Position numbers and translations under genes: made by a program. From Acutalibacteraceae bacterium (lineage in GTDB: Bacteria; Bacillota; Clostridia; Oscillospirales; Acutalibacteraceae): a stretch of 64,000 bases of DNA. Numbering within the stretch: position 1 is the first letter of the stretch; each line of letters opens with the position of its first letter. Positions 18,002 to 27,866 of this stretch are shown here, piece by piece. Under the pieces are notes generated by a model. It did no database searches, was not told where the DNA came from, and saw nothing but the letters and a program-made list of their open reading frames with translations. Location of the stretch: contig JAZRKJ010000086.1 in the NCBI GenBank assembly GCA_045646245.1, forward strand, positions 9,874-73,873, in the 5' to 3' direction.

Positions 18002-20267
18002 TTAATTAAGCGGAATTTTTGATATTATTTCTGCGGCTTTCTTGCAAATTTCAGAAAGATTAACCTGCTGTTTTTGACTTTCAATAACACTAAACGGTAG
18101 GGCGAAATAATTATCTCTTATTTTACCGTATTCTTCCTTTAACCCTTCTCTGTTAATTTCTCTGTTTTCTTCAAGAGAAGTCTTAACCTCATTAAAGAGA
18201 GCAATAAGCTCAGGTAGATATAAATACTGTGCATTTTCATAAATAAAGGAACGACAGTACATACATTCTGAATTTCTCTTAAGAGTAATTTCAAAGTTCG
18301 GGTTGGTATCGGTAACACTTTGAAGCTTTAATAAGGAATCATACAACGAATAATCACTATGAGCAGAAAGCAAATCTGCAAGCAATCTCATTAAAGATAC
18401 CGCCGAATCCATAATTACTTTTAAGCTGTCAGACCTATCAAAATACAAAATCTGCGCCTTTAAAATAGCCGCATCAAGATATCTTGAAATAATTGTTCTG
18501 GCTATATCGAACAAGTCACGCTTCAGCTGTTCATCATCAGGATTAATTTCCGCTATTCTCAAAAGAATGTCGGAAGCTTGCTCAATGTACTTCAGCCTGT
18601 CACCCAGCCTTATTTTATAGTCCTTGAATTTATGCACGTTAAAGTCGGCTCTTCCGGCTACGTAAGTAAATATCGGGTTTCCTGTTTGTGCCGCATTATC
18701 TTCCATACTCCATGCAACAAGCTCTATAATCGGCATAAAATCCTGCCAAAGCTTTGTCATAACCCGAGCGAAAGAATTGCTGTATCGGTCAGAACAATAT
18801 TTATTAAGAAAATCATCAATTTCGGGGGTATCATTTTCCCATGAATTAACCGCAAGATATTCGGTAATCAGTGGGTCTCCGTGTGAAAGCTCGGGCCATA
18901 ATACAACACCCTTGCAGGCTTTATCAGCTTTTGCAAGCTTTATACGCTCGTTAGTAAGACTATAAAATCCTCTTATTTCGCTTTCAGGCTCATAAGCACT
19001 GAATATACCGAATATCCACGGAAAGTTGTCTTTTAACCCCACTGTGTAAAATTATTCACTTTAGTGGTATCAGAGGTATAATCAAATATTATTGACTGAC
19101 TGCTGTCCAGTTCACTTACCAGCTCTCTTACCTCTTCCGGTGTAAAACGCATCCATAAATCCCAGCTTGCTATAAGAAGCGGAGCATTAGGATATTTTTC
19201 TTTAATATAGTTTGCTATCCGTCTGTAAACGTATAGCTTCATTCTGCGGTTTTCTTCAGGGTCGGCAGAATACTTTCGCTCCCCAAGACCAATGGTATGA
19301 AAAATTTCTCCGTTACCGTATTCTTTTACGTGTGCATCACTCAAACGGAAGTAATTTTCTAAGTTCTCATTTTCTCTTACGTCCCATACAAGCCCCGTAG
19401 GCTCGCTGTAGCTTGAAGTCGCCTGAGGAAGCATTTTAGGGTTAACCTTATTTAAGTATTCAATAGGAGTACGAGAATACCAATGAGTCATAGTGCCACA
19501 GTCCTCAGGGTGCATTAAATCACGTTCAAAAGCGTACTGCAGTATTTTTTTGCGAAGCTCACCCCTGAACTGAAGCGACCAGAAAAGAGCACGGTCATTG
19601 TAGCCTGTCCCTGCTTCGGGTAATGCCTTATCTCTTTCCGGGTATGAAACAATATCCGGAAAAGCCTTTTGAAAAACGTCATCCATACCAATTCTAAGCA
19701 TAAAAAGATTAAGACGTTTTTTAAGTATCCAATCAATTTCTTTTTCCCAATCGCTCATACTCCAATGCTCAGCCTGAAAGCGGTGGAGGCTTCTATGGGC
19801 AAAATAACGAAGTCCTCTGTAATCAAATCTGGGAGATTCGGTTAAATCAATTCCACAGGTAACAAGAGAGCCTCTTTTAATTCTGTCGCCGTCCCAAAAA
19901 TAACGGCACCCATATATTTTTCAAAATAGCGGTAAACAGCGTAAATTGTAGACCTTCCCCTGCCGCCTGCAAATATAAGATAATTTTTCCCTTCTTTATT
20001 TAAAGTGCGAATAGTATAATCGTCGGTGCAATACCTTATATGAAAGCTGTCGGTTTTTTTATTTAAAAACAGGTCAGCAACTACCAAATTAACCGAATCA
20101 CTTCCAATAAGTACATTTAAATCACTGTAAATATCAGAAGAAAATTTATTGTCTGAAATCAAACTGCATTCTTCTCCCGAAACTTTTTTAGCAAATTCAC
20201 AAAAGCTTTCGGCGGCAATCTTATATGCAGAATGTCCCACACTGGGGTAAATAACCGTAATTTTCAT
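18002..20267 (-). pseudogene. GH89-like alpha-N-acetylglucosaminidase (NAGLU family) broken into three ORFs by two frameshifts
   Basis: The N domain (19842-20267) contains GGRGRSTIYAVYRYFEKY. The TIM-barrel part (19033-19758, and further upstream in the same frame) contains CRYFWDGDRI...SPRFDYRGLRYFAHRSLHRFQAEHWSMSDWEKEIDW. The C domain (18002-19042) contains NFPWIFGIF...LWPELSHGDPLITEYLAVNSWEND...RYS. Frame switches occur at ~19037-19040 and ~19905-19925. Confidence 0.65.
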
Positions 20268-20335
20268 AATTATCTCCCTAATATTTAATCTTTAAGTTTA
20301 AGTATAAGGGATGTTAAATGCTTATAAAACCTAAA

Positions 20336-20366
20336 TTTTAGTCAATTAGGTGGACTTTTTAGTCAA
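20336..20366 (+). promoter_or_regulatory. Direct repeat TTTTAGTCAA x2 phased at 21 bp, a candidate AraC-type binding site
   Basis: Copies lie at 20336-20345 and 20357-20366, in the divergent region between the GH89 pseudogene and the AraC gene. Confidence 0.4.
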
Positions 20367-20416
20367 AGCGTGATAAAATATATACAAGGTAATCAATATG
20401 TTATATAATTTCAAAA

Positions 20417-21181
20417 ATGGTGATAGATATGATATATAATTACGATAATCTTAACTTTAATATTTTAACCGTTGAAAAAATCTCTCACACAAATAAAAGC
20501 TTTACCGTAAAAGAGCGTCCCTATGCCGCACTTTCATTAAGGCTCAACGGAACAAGCCGATTTATTATTAACAATAAGCATTTTGAAACATCCGGCGGTG
20601 ACGTATTTTTTATTCCGGCTAACGTTGCTTATCAGGTGGACTATTCATCCAGCGAAATTATAGTAATTCATCTGTTGGACTGTGACTACAATGAAGCTGA
20701 ATGTATCAGGACAAACGATGACGAAGGAATATATAAGCTTTTCTGCCGTATGCTTGATGAATGGATGATAAATAAGTCTGTTAACAAAGCAAAGTCTTGT
20801 GTTTATGAAATTCTTTATAAATTAGAATGCATAAATAACAATTCTTCCGTTATTCGACCTATAGAATTCGAAAGGCGCTTAAGTTATTTAGAAGAAAATT
20901 ATACAAATACATATTTTAATATTAAAGAATTATGCAACCACGGATATCTGAGCCGTTCAAGCCTGCAACGATATTTTTTACGCTATTTAGGTCTTACCCC
21001 CAAGCAATACCTTCTGGAGCTGAGGCTAAGCAAAGCAATAGATTTGCTGGCAAACGAAAGCAAAACAATATCCGAAATATCGTTTGCATGTGGCTTTAAA
21101 GATGAAAAGTACTTTTCAAGAATTTTTAAACAAGTTTACGGCATTTCTCCTACCGATGCCAGAAACAGAACTAAAATTTAG
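20417..21181 (+). CDS. AraC-family transcriptional regulator
   Basis: The C-terminal dual HTH includes LSRSSLQRYFLRYLGLTPKQYLLELRLSKAIDLL and ISEISFACGFKDEKYFSRIFKQVYGISPTDARN. The N-terminus is a cupin-like sensor domain. The start could instead be ATG 20429. Confidence 0.85.
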   Translation: MVIDMIYNYDNLNFNILTVEKISHTNKSFTVKERPYAALSLRLNGTSRFIINNKHFETSGGDVFFIPANVAYQVDYSSSEIIVIHLLDCDYNEAECIRTNDDEGIYKLFCRMLDEWMINKSVNKAKSCVYEILYKLECINNNSSVIRPIEFERRLSYLEENYTNTYFNIKELCNHGYLSRSSLQRYFLRYLGLTPKQYLLELRLSKAIDLLANESKTISEISFACGFKDEKYFSRIFKQVYGISPTDARNRTKI

Positions 21182-21197
21182 TAAACGGGGTATTATT

Positions 21198-22052
21198 ATG
21201 AGTGAAATCACCAATATATTAAATTTATGTAAATTAAGCGAAAGCGATGCAAAATACTGCGAAGAATGCTTTGCAAAGATTAAAGCCAATCTCGAGCTAT
21301 TCGAAATTCTGACTACCGCCGAAAAGCATTATATGATGTGTTATAATCCTAAAGAAGACCTGAAGGCTCTTAGCGATAAATCGGGTATACACCGCTATAC
21401 CGTTGATATGCTTTTACTAATCTATTCTTCTGTACGTTTATTAAAAATCTATGATGCACATGGCTATAGCGAAGAACTATATTCCGAAACAGTAGGCCAG
21501 TCTATTCGCCTTAATATTGATACCTGTAAGGAAATATATAAGGTTGTCGGTATCTTTGTTTTCTTTGGCTTTAAAAGACTGTTTCAATGCGAACGATTTG
21601 CTTTAGGCAGACTGCAATTTGAGGCTGTTGAAATTCCCTATGACTATAAGGATATATGTAAAAAGGGAGATATTGTTCTTTCCTGTCATATCCCGGCAAG
21701 CGGTCCATTACTTATTGAAGACGTTGAAAGTGCGTTTAAAAAAGCATACGAATTTTTTAAGATTAAAGGCAAAATGGTTGTTGTTTGCAGCTCGTGGATG
21801 CTCTACCCCAAGCACTACGAAAAGGTATTTCCAAAGAATTCCAACCTTAGCCGTTTTTATGAATTATTTGATATTATAGATCAAAAGGAAAAACATTTTA
21901 CCGCCGATGCCTGGCGTGTATTCGGCACAATGAATCCTGATTTAACAAAGTTGCCGCAAAAAACCACCCTTCAAAAAAATCTCTATAACTATTTAAAAGA
22001 CGGCAACTCTATGGGTAGCGGCTACGGAATATTGGTAAGAAATTACGACTAA
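21198..22052 (+). CDS. Hypothetical two-domain protein, possibly of the N-acyltransferase-like (DUF5596 / GNAT-like C domain) type
   Basis: This 284-aa ORF starts at ATG 21198 (MSEITNILNL). My recollection of this family (the FALGRLQFE...CHIP..GPL pattern) is weak. The longer track ORF from 21084 overlaps the AraC gene. Confidence 0.35.
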   Translation: MSEITNILNLCKLSESDAKYCEECFAKIKANLELFEILTTAEKHYMMCYNPKEDLKALSDKSGIHRYTVDMLLLIYSSVRLLKIYDAHGYSEELYSETVGQSIRLNIDTCKEIYKVVGIFVFFGFKRLFQCERFALGRLQFEAVEIPYDYKDICKKGDIVLSCHIPASGPLLIEDVESAFKKAYEFFKIKGKMVVVCSSWMLYPKHYEKVFPKNSNLSRFYELFDIIDQKEKHFTADAWRVFGTMNPDLTKLPQKTTLQKNLYNYLKDGNSMGSGYGILVRNYD

Positions 22053-22103
22053 TGTAAGCCACAATCTGTTTTTCTAAGTTAAAGGAATTTTTCAAAAAAA
22101 CAC

Positions 22104-22132
22104 TTGATTAAATCAGACATATAGTGTATAAT
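22104..22132 (+). promoter_or_regulatory. Candidate sigma-A promoter of tRNA-Leu (-35 TTGATT, 17 nt, -10 TATAAT)
   Basis: The sequence is cacTTGATTaaatcagacatatagtgTATAATgc, ending 16 nt upstream of the tRNA 5' end. Confidence 0.6.
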
Positions 22133-22147
22133 GCTAAAGTACATCAC

Positions 22148-22234
22148 GCCGGTGTGATGGAATTGGCAGACGTAGTGGACTCAAAATCCACCGGTAGCGA
22201 TACCGTGCCGGTTCGAGTCCGGCCACCGGCACCA
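22148..22234 (+). tRNA. tRNA-Leu (anticodon CAA) with encoded CCA
   Basis: The acceptor stem is GCCGGTG/CACCGGC. The anticodon stem-loop GTGGA-CTCAAAA-TCCAC places CAA at positions 34-36. A long variable arm (CGGTAGCGATACCGTG) is present. The T arm is GCCGG-TTCGAGT-CCGGC, followed by discriminator A and CCA. Confidence 0.9.
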
Positions 22235-22235
22235 A

Positions 22236-22264
22236 AGCCCCAAGTACGATAAGTGCTTGGGGCT
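22236..22264 (+). terminator. Hairpin immediately after tRNA-Leu (possible terminator)
   Basis: AGCCCCAAG-tacgataagtg-CTTGGGGCT. The downstream T-run is weak. Confidence 0.5.
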
Positions 22265-22617
22265 TACTTCTTACCTCTCTCCTCTTCACTATTACCTCAA
22301 ATCAACTTGGGGCTATGGGAAGTAACAAGTAAGAAGTAATAGGTAATAAGTATTGTGGCGCCATAGCGTGTATATCATCGCTGTAGGCACAGCTCATATA
22401 TAAAACCAACAATAAAATATCGCATAATTCCCCTCACTTTCTATGAATATTATATATGAGAACCCCATATCTGCAGTTAAGCAAATATGGGGTTGAATTT
22501 ATAACTTATTATTGGTCAAGTAGTACATTATGCAGCTTACACATAGAAATTTTACAGCTTACGTATAACACGTTTCACCTGAAACTCACTTTTGGGTATT
22601 CACGCAAAACAAAACCT

Positions 22618-23601
22618 TTATATAGTTTCTGCAATAACCGCTTTAATGGTGTGCATACGGTTTTCGGCTTCTTTAAAGACAATGGAACGCTCACTTTCAA
22701 ACACTTCGTCGGTTACTTCCATACTGTCTCTGCCGAACTTTTCACCCATTTCTTTTCCTATTACCGTTTTAAGGTCGTGGAAAGCAGGAAGGCAGTGCAT
22801 AAATACTACGTTTTCTGCCGCACTATCCATAAGGGTTTTATTTACCTGATAAGGTGAAAGCTCGTTGATTCTTTCTTCCCATACTTCAATGGGTTCGCCC
22901 ATAGATACCCAAACGTCGGTATAAATAACGTTAGCGTCCTTAACCGCTTTAATGGGGTCGGTTTCAAACCTAAGGGTTGCGCCACTCTTTTCTGCAAGTT
23001 TTTTACAGGTATCAACAAGTTCTTTACTTGGCATATACTTTTCAGGTGCGCAAGCGGTAAAGTTAAGACCCATAATAGCGCATCCAACCATAAGCGAGTT
23101 ACCCATATTATAACGGGCATCGCCCATATAAACAAAGTTAATTCCCTCAAGGTAGCCGAACTGCTCTTTAATAGTTAAAAAGTCGGCAAGAATTTGAGTA
23201 GGATGGAATTCATTGGTAAGTCCGTTCCAAACGGGAACAGAAGCAAAATGAGCCAATTCTTCAACAATTTCCTGACCAAAGCCTCGGTATTCGATTCCGT
23301 CGTAGATACCCGAAAGAACACGGGCTGTATCTGCAATACTTTCCTTTTTACCGATTTGAGAGCCTGACGGGTCAAGGTAGGTAGTACCAATACCTAAATC
23401 ACTTGCCGCTACTTCAAAGCTGCAACGGGTTCTGGTACTTGTTTTTTCAAAAATAAGGGCGATATTCTTTCCCTTAAAATCGTCGTGAGGAATTCCTGCT
23501 TTTTTCTTTGCCTTATAATCGGCGGCTTTATCAATAAGGTATGCTATTTCTTCTTTGGAAAAATCAAGAAGCTTTAAAAAATCTCTGCCTTTTAAATTCA
23601 T
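22618..23601 (-). CDS. argF: Ornithine carbamoyltransferase
   Basis: It carries STRTR ([13 protein letters not shown]), HPTQ ([11 protein letters not shown]) and HCLP (FMHCLPAF) motifs. Confidence 0.93.
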   Translation of the reverse strand: MNLKGRDFLKLLDFSKEEIAYLIDKAADYKAKKKAGIPHDDFKGKNIALIFEKTSTRTRCSFEVAASDLGIGTTYLDPSGSQIGKKESIADTARVLSGIYDGIEYRGFGQEIVEELAHFASVPVWNGLTNEFHPTQILADFLTIKEQFGYLEGINFVYMGDARYNMGNSLMVGCAIMGLNFTACAPEKYMPSKELVDTCKKLAEKSGATLRFETDPIKAVKDANVIYTDVWVSMGEPIEVWEERINELSPYQVNKTLMDSAAENVVFMHCLPAFHDLKTVIGKEMGEKFGRDSMEVTDEVFESERSIVFKEAENRMHTIKAVIAETI

Positions 23602-23613
23602 TTGCTGTTCCTC

Positions 23614-24774
23614 TCATTCACAAGCTTTTTTAATTACGTCAAGCGCCTTTTCAAGCAGTTCTACAGGAATATTAAGGGCGGGAAGAAGTCTTACTTTGTT
23701 TTTTGCAGTAAGTACGAGTACGCCCATTTCTCTGCAAGCGGTAACTACGTCGGCAACCTTCTTTTCGGTTTCAATTCCAAGCATAAGTCCCATACCGGTT
23801 ACGCTTTTAATTCCCTTTGCACCACTTAAAGTATTTATAATTAAATCACTGCGTTCTTTAACGCCGTTAAGAAGCTCATCGTCAATACGGCTAATAACGT
23901 TTACTGCACCTGCGCAGGAAACAGGATTACCGCCAAAGGTTGAGCCGTGGCTGGAAGGAGTAAGTACGTCCTTTACTTTATCAAAAAGCATTGTAGCGCC
24001 AATGGGAAGCCCACCCGCAAGTCCCTTTGCGGTGGAAACAATATCGGGTGTAAAGCCGTAATTCATATAGCCGTAAAGCTTACCCGTTCTGCCGTTGCCT
24101 GTCTGAACCTCGTCAACTATCAGCAAAATATCCTTTTCCTTTGCTAATTTAACAACAGCGTCAACAAAAACCTTTTGGAGGGGGATAACTCCGCCTTCGC
24201 CTTGCACAGTTTCAAACATAATAGCCGAAGGATTATATTTTTCTACGTTTTCAATTAAGGCTTCAACGTTATTGGCTTCGGTATACTCAAAGCCTTTTGT
24301 AAGGGGAAGAAAATCCTTATGAAAAACGTCTTGTCCCGTGGCGGCAAGGGTAGTCACCGTTCTGCCGTGGAAGCTGTTAACAAGGGTTAAAATAACCGGT
24401 TCTTCAATTCCCTTTACATCGGTTGCATATTTACGAGCAACTTTAATTGCGCACTCGTTGGCTTCTGCGCCCGAATTGGAAAAGAAAACCTTACTGCAAC
24501 CCGTTTTTTCACTAAGCATTTTTGCAAGAGTTATGCAGGGAGAAGTATAGTAAAGGTTAGAAGTATGCTGGAATCTGCAGAGCTGTTCAGTAACGGCGCT
24601 TACCCAGCTTTCGTCACTGTAGCCGAAGGTATTTACGGCAATACCTGTGCCAAGGTCAATATATTCCTTTCCCTTTTCGTCGTAGCAAACGCTTCCCATA
24701 CCCTCAACAATCTGAAGAGGGAAACGGTTATAAGTACCCGCTATATATTTTTTGTCGTCCTCAATATAAGACAT
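23614..24774 (-). CDS. argD: Acetylornithine aminotransferase
   Basis: This is a class-III aminotransferase with FSNSGAEANE, IVDEVQTGNGRTGK and the PLP-lysine region STAKGLAGGLPIG. The arg operon context supports the call. Confidence 0.88.
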   Translation of the reverse strand: MSYIEDDKKYIAGTYNRFPLQIVEGMGSVCYDEKGKEYIDLGTGIAVNTFGYSDESWVSAVTEQLCRFQHTSNLYYTSPCITLAKMLSEKTGCSKVFFSNSGAEANECAIKVARKYATDVKGIEEPVILTLVNSFHGRTVTTLAATGQDVFHKDFLPLTKGFEYTEANNVEALIENVEKYNPSAIMFETVQGEGGVIPLQKVFVDAVVKLAKEKDILLIVDEVQTGNGRTGKLYGYMNYGFTPDIVSTAKGLAGGLPIGATMLFDKVKDVLTPSSHGSTFGGNPVSCAGAVNVISRIDDELLNGVKERSDLIINTLSGAKGIKSVTGMGLMLGIETEKKVADVVTACREMGVLVLTAKNKVRLLPALNIPVELLEKALDVIKKACE

Positions 24775-24777
24775 AAG

Positions 24778-25644
24778 TTATTCACCTTTTTTTCTGTAAA
24801 ACATTGTACCGATACCTTCGTCGGTAAGGGTTTCGATAAGTATGGAGTGTTCAACTCTGCCGTCAATAATAAACACCTTTCTAACGCCCCATTCAATGGC
24901 GTTAGTACAGCATTCAACCTTGGGAATCATACCGCCTGAAATTACGCCTTCGTCAATAAGCTCCTTAGCCTCATCAACCTCAATATGAGAAATAAGAGAA
25001 GACGGGTCGTTCATATCACGTAAAATACCGCTGATATCAGTAAGAGAAATAAGGCTTTCTGCTTCAAGCGCACCTGCAATTTTAGCGGCGGCAGTATCGG
25101 CATTTACGTTATAAACGTTACCCTGCTTATCACAACCCAAGGTGGATACAACGGGAATATAACCCTTTTCAATTACGTCTAAAATGGGTTCAACGTTAAC
25201 TTTGGTAATGTTACCCACAAAGCCCAGCTCCGGGTCTTTCATTTCGGCTCTCAACATATGTCCGTCAATACCCGAAAGACCAATGGCTTTACCGCCCTTA
25301 CGTTCAATAAGGTTTACAAGGCTTTTGTTAACCTTACCCGCAAGTACCATTTGAACAATGTCAACGGTATCCTTATCTGTAACGCGAAGTCCGTTAACAA
25401 ACTTACTTTCAAGCCCAACCTTACCCAGCATATCGGTGATTTCGGGGCCGCCGCCGTGAACCAAAACAACCTTAACGCCAACCAAGGTTAAAAGGATAAT
25501 ATCGCTCATAACCGAATTTTTAAGGTCTTCGTTTATCATTGCGTTGCCGCCGTATTTAATAACAACGATTTTACCGGTATATTTTTTGATATAAGGCAAA
25601 GCCTGAACAAGGATTTCCGCTCTGTCGGAATTAGAAATATTCAT
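24778..25644 (-). CDS. argB: Acetylglutamate kinase
   Basis: The amino acid kinase fold shows VVIKYGGNAM and VVLVHGGGPEI. The start is taken at ATG 25644 with a GGAGTG RBS. Confidence 0.9.
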   Translation of the reverse strand: MNISNSDRAEILVQALPYIKKYTGKIVVIKYGGNAMINEDLKNSVMSDIILLTLVGVKVVLVHGGGPEITDMLGKVGLESKFVNGLRVTDKDTVDIVQMVLAGKVNKSLVNLIERKGGKAIGLSGIDGHMLRAEMKDPELGFVGNITKVNVEPILDVIEKGYIPVVSTLGCDKQGNVYNVNADTAAAKIAGALEAESLISLTDISGILRDMNDPSSLISHIEVDEAKELIDEGVISGGMIPKVECCTNAIEWGVRKVFIIDGRVEHSILIETLTDEGIGTMFYRKKGE

Positions 25645-25707
25645 AACACACACTCCATTTAAAAACGGTTAAAATCCCCATATAAAATGGAGATTTTTCA
25701 ACACTTT

Positions 25708-26919
25708 TTAAGTACGGTAGTCACCGTTTATTTTAACGTAATCATAAGTAAGGTCGCAACCCCAAGCGGTAGCAGAAGCATCGCCATCGGAAAGACTGAT
25801 TATAATTTCTATTTCATTCTGGAGAAGAATTTCTTTTGCTTTTTCTTCGCTGAAATCAATACCGCTTCCCTGCTTGCAAACTTCAATTTCACCTTTGCTT
25901 GACTTAAAGGAAACGTCTACTCCCATTACGTCAACGTCGCATTTAGCGTAACCGATAGCGCAAAGAATTCTGCCCCAGTTGGCGTCGGCGCCAAACATAG
26001 CCGCTTTAGTAAGAGAGGAACAAATAACGCTTTTTGCAACCTTTTTGGCGGTAGCAATATCTTTAGCGCCGCTTACTTTACATTCAAGCATTTTGGTGGC
26101 GCCCTCACCGTCGGCGGCAATGCATCTGCAAAGGTAAACCGTTACGGTGTTAAGGGACTTCATAAAGGTTTTAAAATCGTCATTTTCTTCGGTAATAGCC
26201 TTATTTCCCGCCATACCGTTAGCAAGAACTGCAACCATATCGTTGGTGGAGGTATCACCGTCAACGCTTACCATATTAAAAGTATCCTTAATATCGCTTG
26301 AAAGAGCTTTTTGTAAAAGAGCAGAAGAAATAGCGCAGTCTGTGGTAATAAACACAAGCATAGTTGCCATATCGGGATGAATCATACCGCTTCCCTTGGC
26401 AATACCGCCTATTTTACACTCAACACCGCCTATTTCAAAGGAAACGGCAATTTCTTTAACTTTAGTGTCGGTGGTCATAATACCGTATGCCGCTTCAAGG
26501 CTGTTATCTCCCAAGGCTTCAACCAACATGGGAACGCCTTTTTTAATCGGTTCAATATCAAGAGGCTGTCCGATAACACCGGTAGAAGCAACTATAACGT
26601 CGTCACCGTTAATTGACAGCTCCTTTGCAACAAGACTGCTCATTTCTTCGGCGATTTCAATACCGTTTGCGTTACAGGTATTAGCATTGCCGCTGTTACA
26701 AATGACAGCTCTTGCAACACCGTTTGCAATATGCTTTTTGGTAACGGTCAAGGGCGCACCTTTTACAAGATTAGTGGTGTAAACCGCAGCAGCAGCAGCG
26801 TCGGTTTCACTAAAGATAAGCGCAATATCATTTTTGGTTTTATTCTTTCTTATACCGCAATGAACACCCGAAGCGGTAAAACCTTTTGCAGCACAAACGC
26901 CGCCAGAAATAATATTCAT
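25708..26919 (-). CDS. argJ: Bifunctional ornithine acetyltransferase / N-acetylglutamate synthase
   Basis: It has GIAKGSGMIHPDMATMLVFITTD, which includes the ATML autoprocessing site. Confidence 0.92.
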   Translation of the reverse strand: MNIISGGVCAAKGFTASGVHCGIRKNKTKNDIALIFSETDAAAAAVYTTNLVKGAPLTVTKKHIANGVARAVICNSGNANTCNANGIEIAEEMSSLVAKELSINGDDVIVASTGVIGQPLDIEPIKKGVPMLVEALGDNSLEAAYGIMTTDTKVKEIAVSFEIGGVECKIGGIAKGSGMIHPDMATMLVFITTDCAISSALLQKALSSDIKDTFNMVSVDGDTSTNDMVAVLANGMAGNKAITEENDDFKTFMKSLNTVTVYLCRCIAADGEGATKMLECKVSGAKDIATAKKVAKSVICSSLTKAAMFGADANWGRILCAIGYAKCDVDVMGVDVSFKSSKGEIEVCKQGSGIDFSEEKAKEILLQNEIEIIISLSDGDASATAWGCDLTYDYVKINGDYRT

Positions 26920-26933
26920 AAAATCAAATCACC

Positions 26934-27866
26934 TTATATATTTAATCCGGTAGTTGGGTCAACACCCATAACAATATTCATACACTCTACTGCGGCACCC
27001 GAAGCGCCTTTGCCAAGATTATCGTACCTTGCGGCAAGAAGAATTCTGTCTTCATTGCCGAATACCGCAATTTCCATACTGTCAAAGCCCGAAAGAGCTA
27101 CGGCAGATAAAAAACCCGCTTCATCAGCTTCGTCGTTATATTTAACAACAGGACCGACGAATTTGTTTTTATAAACCTCTTTAATATCATCAACGGTTTT
27201 TCCGTTGCAAAGCTGAGAGGAAAAAACAGGTACGGTTACACACATACCGCTATAGAAATCAGAAACAATAGGAGAAAAAGCGGGAATATTTTCAAGTGTG
27301 GTTACAGCACTGATTTCCTTTAAATGCTTATGGGCTTGGGAAAGTGCGTATTGACGGGGAGCGGTTAACAAAGGGTCAATTTCATCGGCTTCATATTCCG
27401 CTATCATCTTCTTACCGCCTCCGCTGTAGCCCGTAACCGAGGTAACGGACAATAAAGCGTCTTTTTTAAGAATACCTGCTTCAATAAGAGGATAAACAAG
27501 AGCAATAACGCCGCTTGCATGACAGCCCGGTACCGCAATTTTTTTGGCGGTGGGTAAAGCGTTTTCAATATCCTTTTTAATTTCGGGGAAGCCGTAAGTC
27601 CAACCCGCTTCGGTTCTGTGAGCGGTGGAGGTATCAAGAACAACGGTATTTTCGTTTTCTAAAAGAGAAACCGATTCTCTTGCCGCATCGTCGGGAAGAC
27701 AAAGGAAAACTATATCTGCGCTGTTTATTGCTTCTTTTCTGGCGTTAAGGTCTTTACGCTTTTCTTCGGGAAGCTTTATTAAGGAAATATCGCTTCTTGC
27801 TTCAAGACGCTCGTAAATGCGAAGCCCCGTTGTACCGGCGCTTCCGTCAATGAATACCTTTTTCAT
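26934..27866 (-). CDS. argC: N-acetyl-gamma-glutamyl-phosphate reductase, short (type 2) form
   Basis: The protein is 310 aa, with N-terminal GSAGTTGLRI and the active-site region VPGCHASG. It overlaps the argH stop by 4 nt. Confidence 0.85.
   Translation of the reverse strand: MKKVFIDGSAGTTGLRIYERLEARSDISLIKLPEEKRKDLNARKEAINSADIVFLCLPDDAARESVSLLENENTVVLDTSTAHRTEAGWTYGFPEIKKDIENALPTAKKIAVPGCHASGVIALVYPLIEAGILKKDALLSVTSVTGYSGGGKKMIAEYEADEIDPLLTAPRQYALSQAHKHLKEISAVTTLENIPAFSPIVSDFYSGMCVTVPVFSSQLCNGKTVDDIKEVYKNKFVGPVVKYNDEADEAGFLSAVALSGFDSMEIAVFGNEDRILLAARYDNLGKGASGAAVECMNIVMGVDPTTGLNI

Noticed and set aside
22235-22617. Integrated mobile element or prophage remnant next to tRNA-Leu
   Set aside because: There is no integrase, no transposase, and no direct repeat of the tRNA 3' end. 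Only short repeats are present, so I report it as a curiosity and not as a mobile element.
22456-22857. 133-aa + strand ORF starting in the tRNA/argF spacer
   Set aside because: Most of it is antisense to the 3' end of argF, and it has no RBS or motif.
23555-24061. 168-aa + strand ORF rich in Ser, Leu and Pro
   Set aside because: It lies antisense to the argD/argF junction and is a low-complexity shadow frame.
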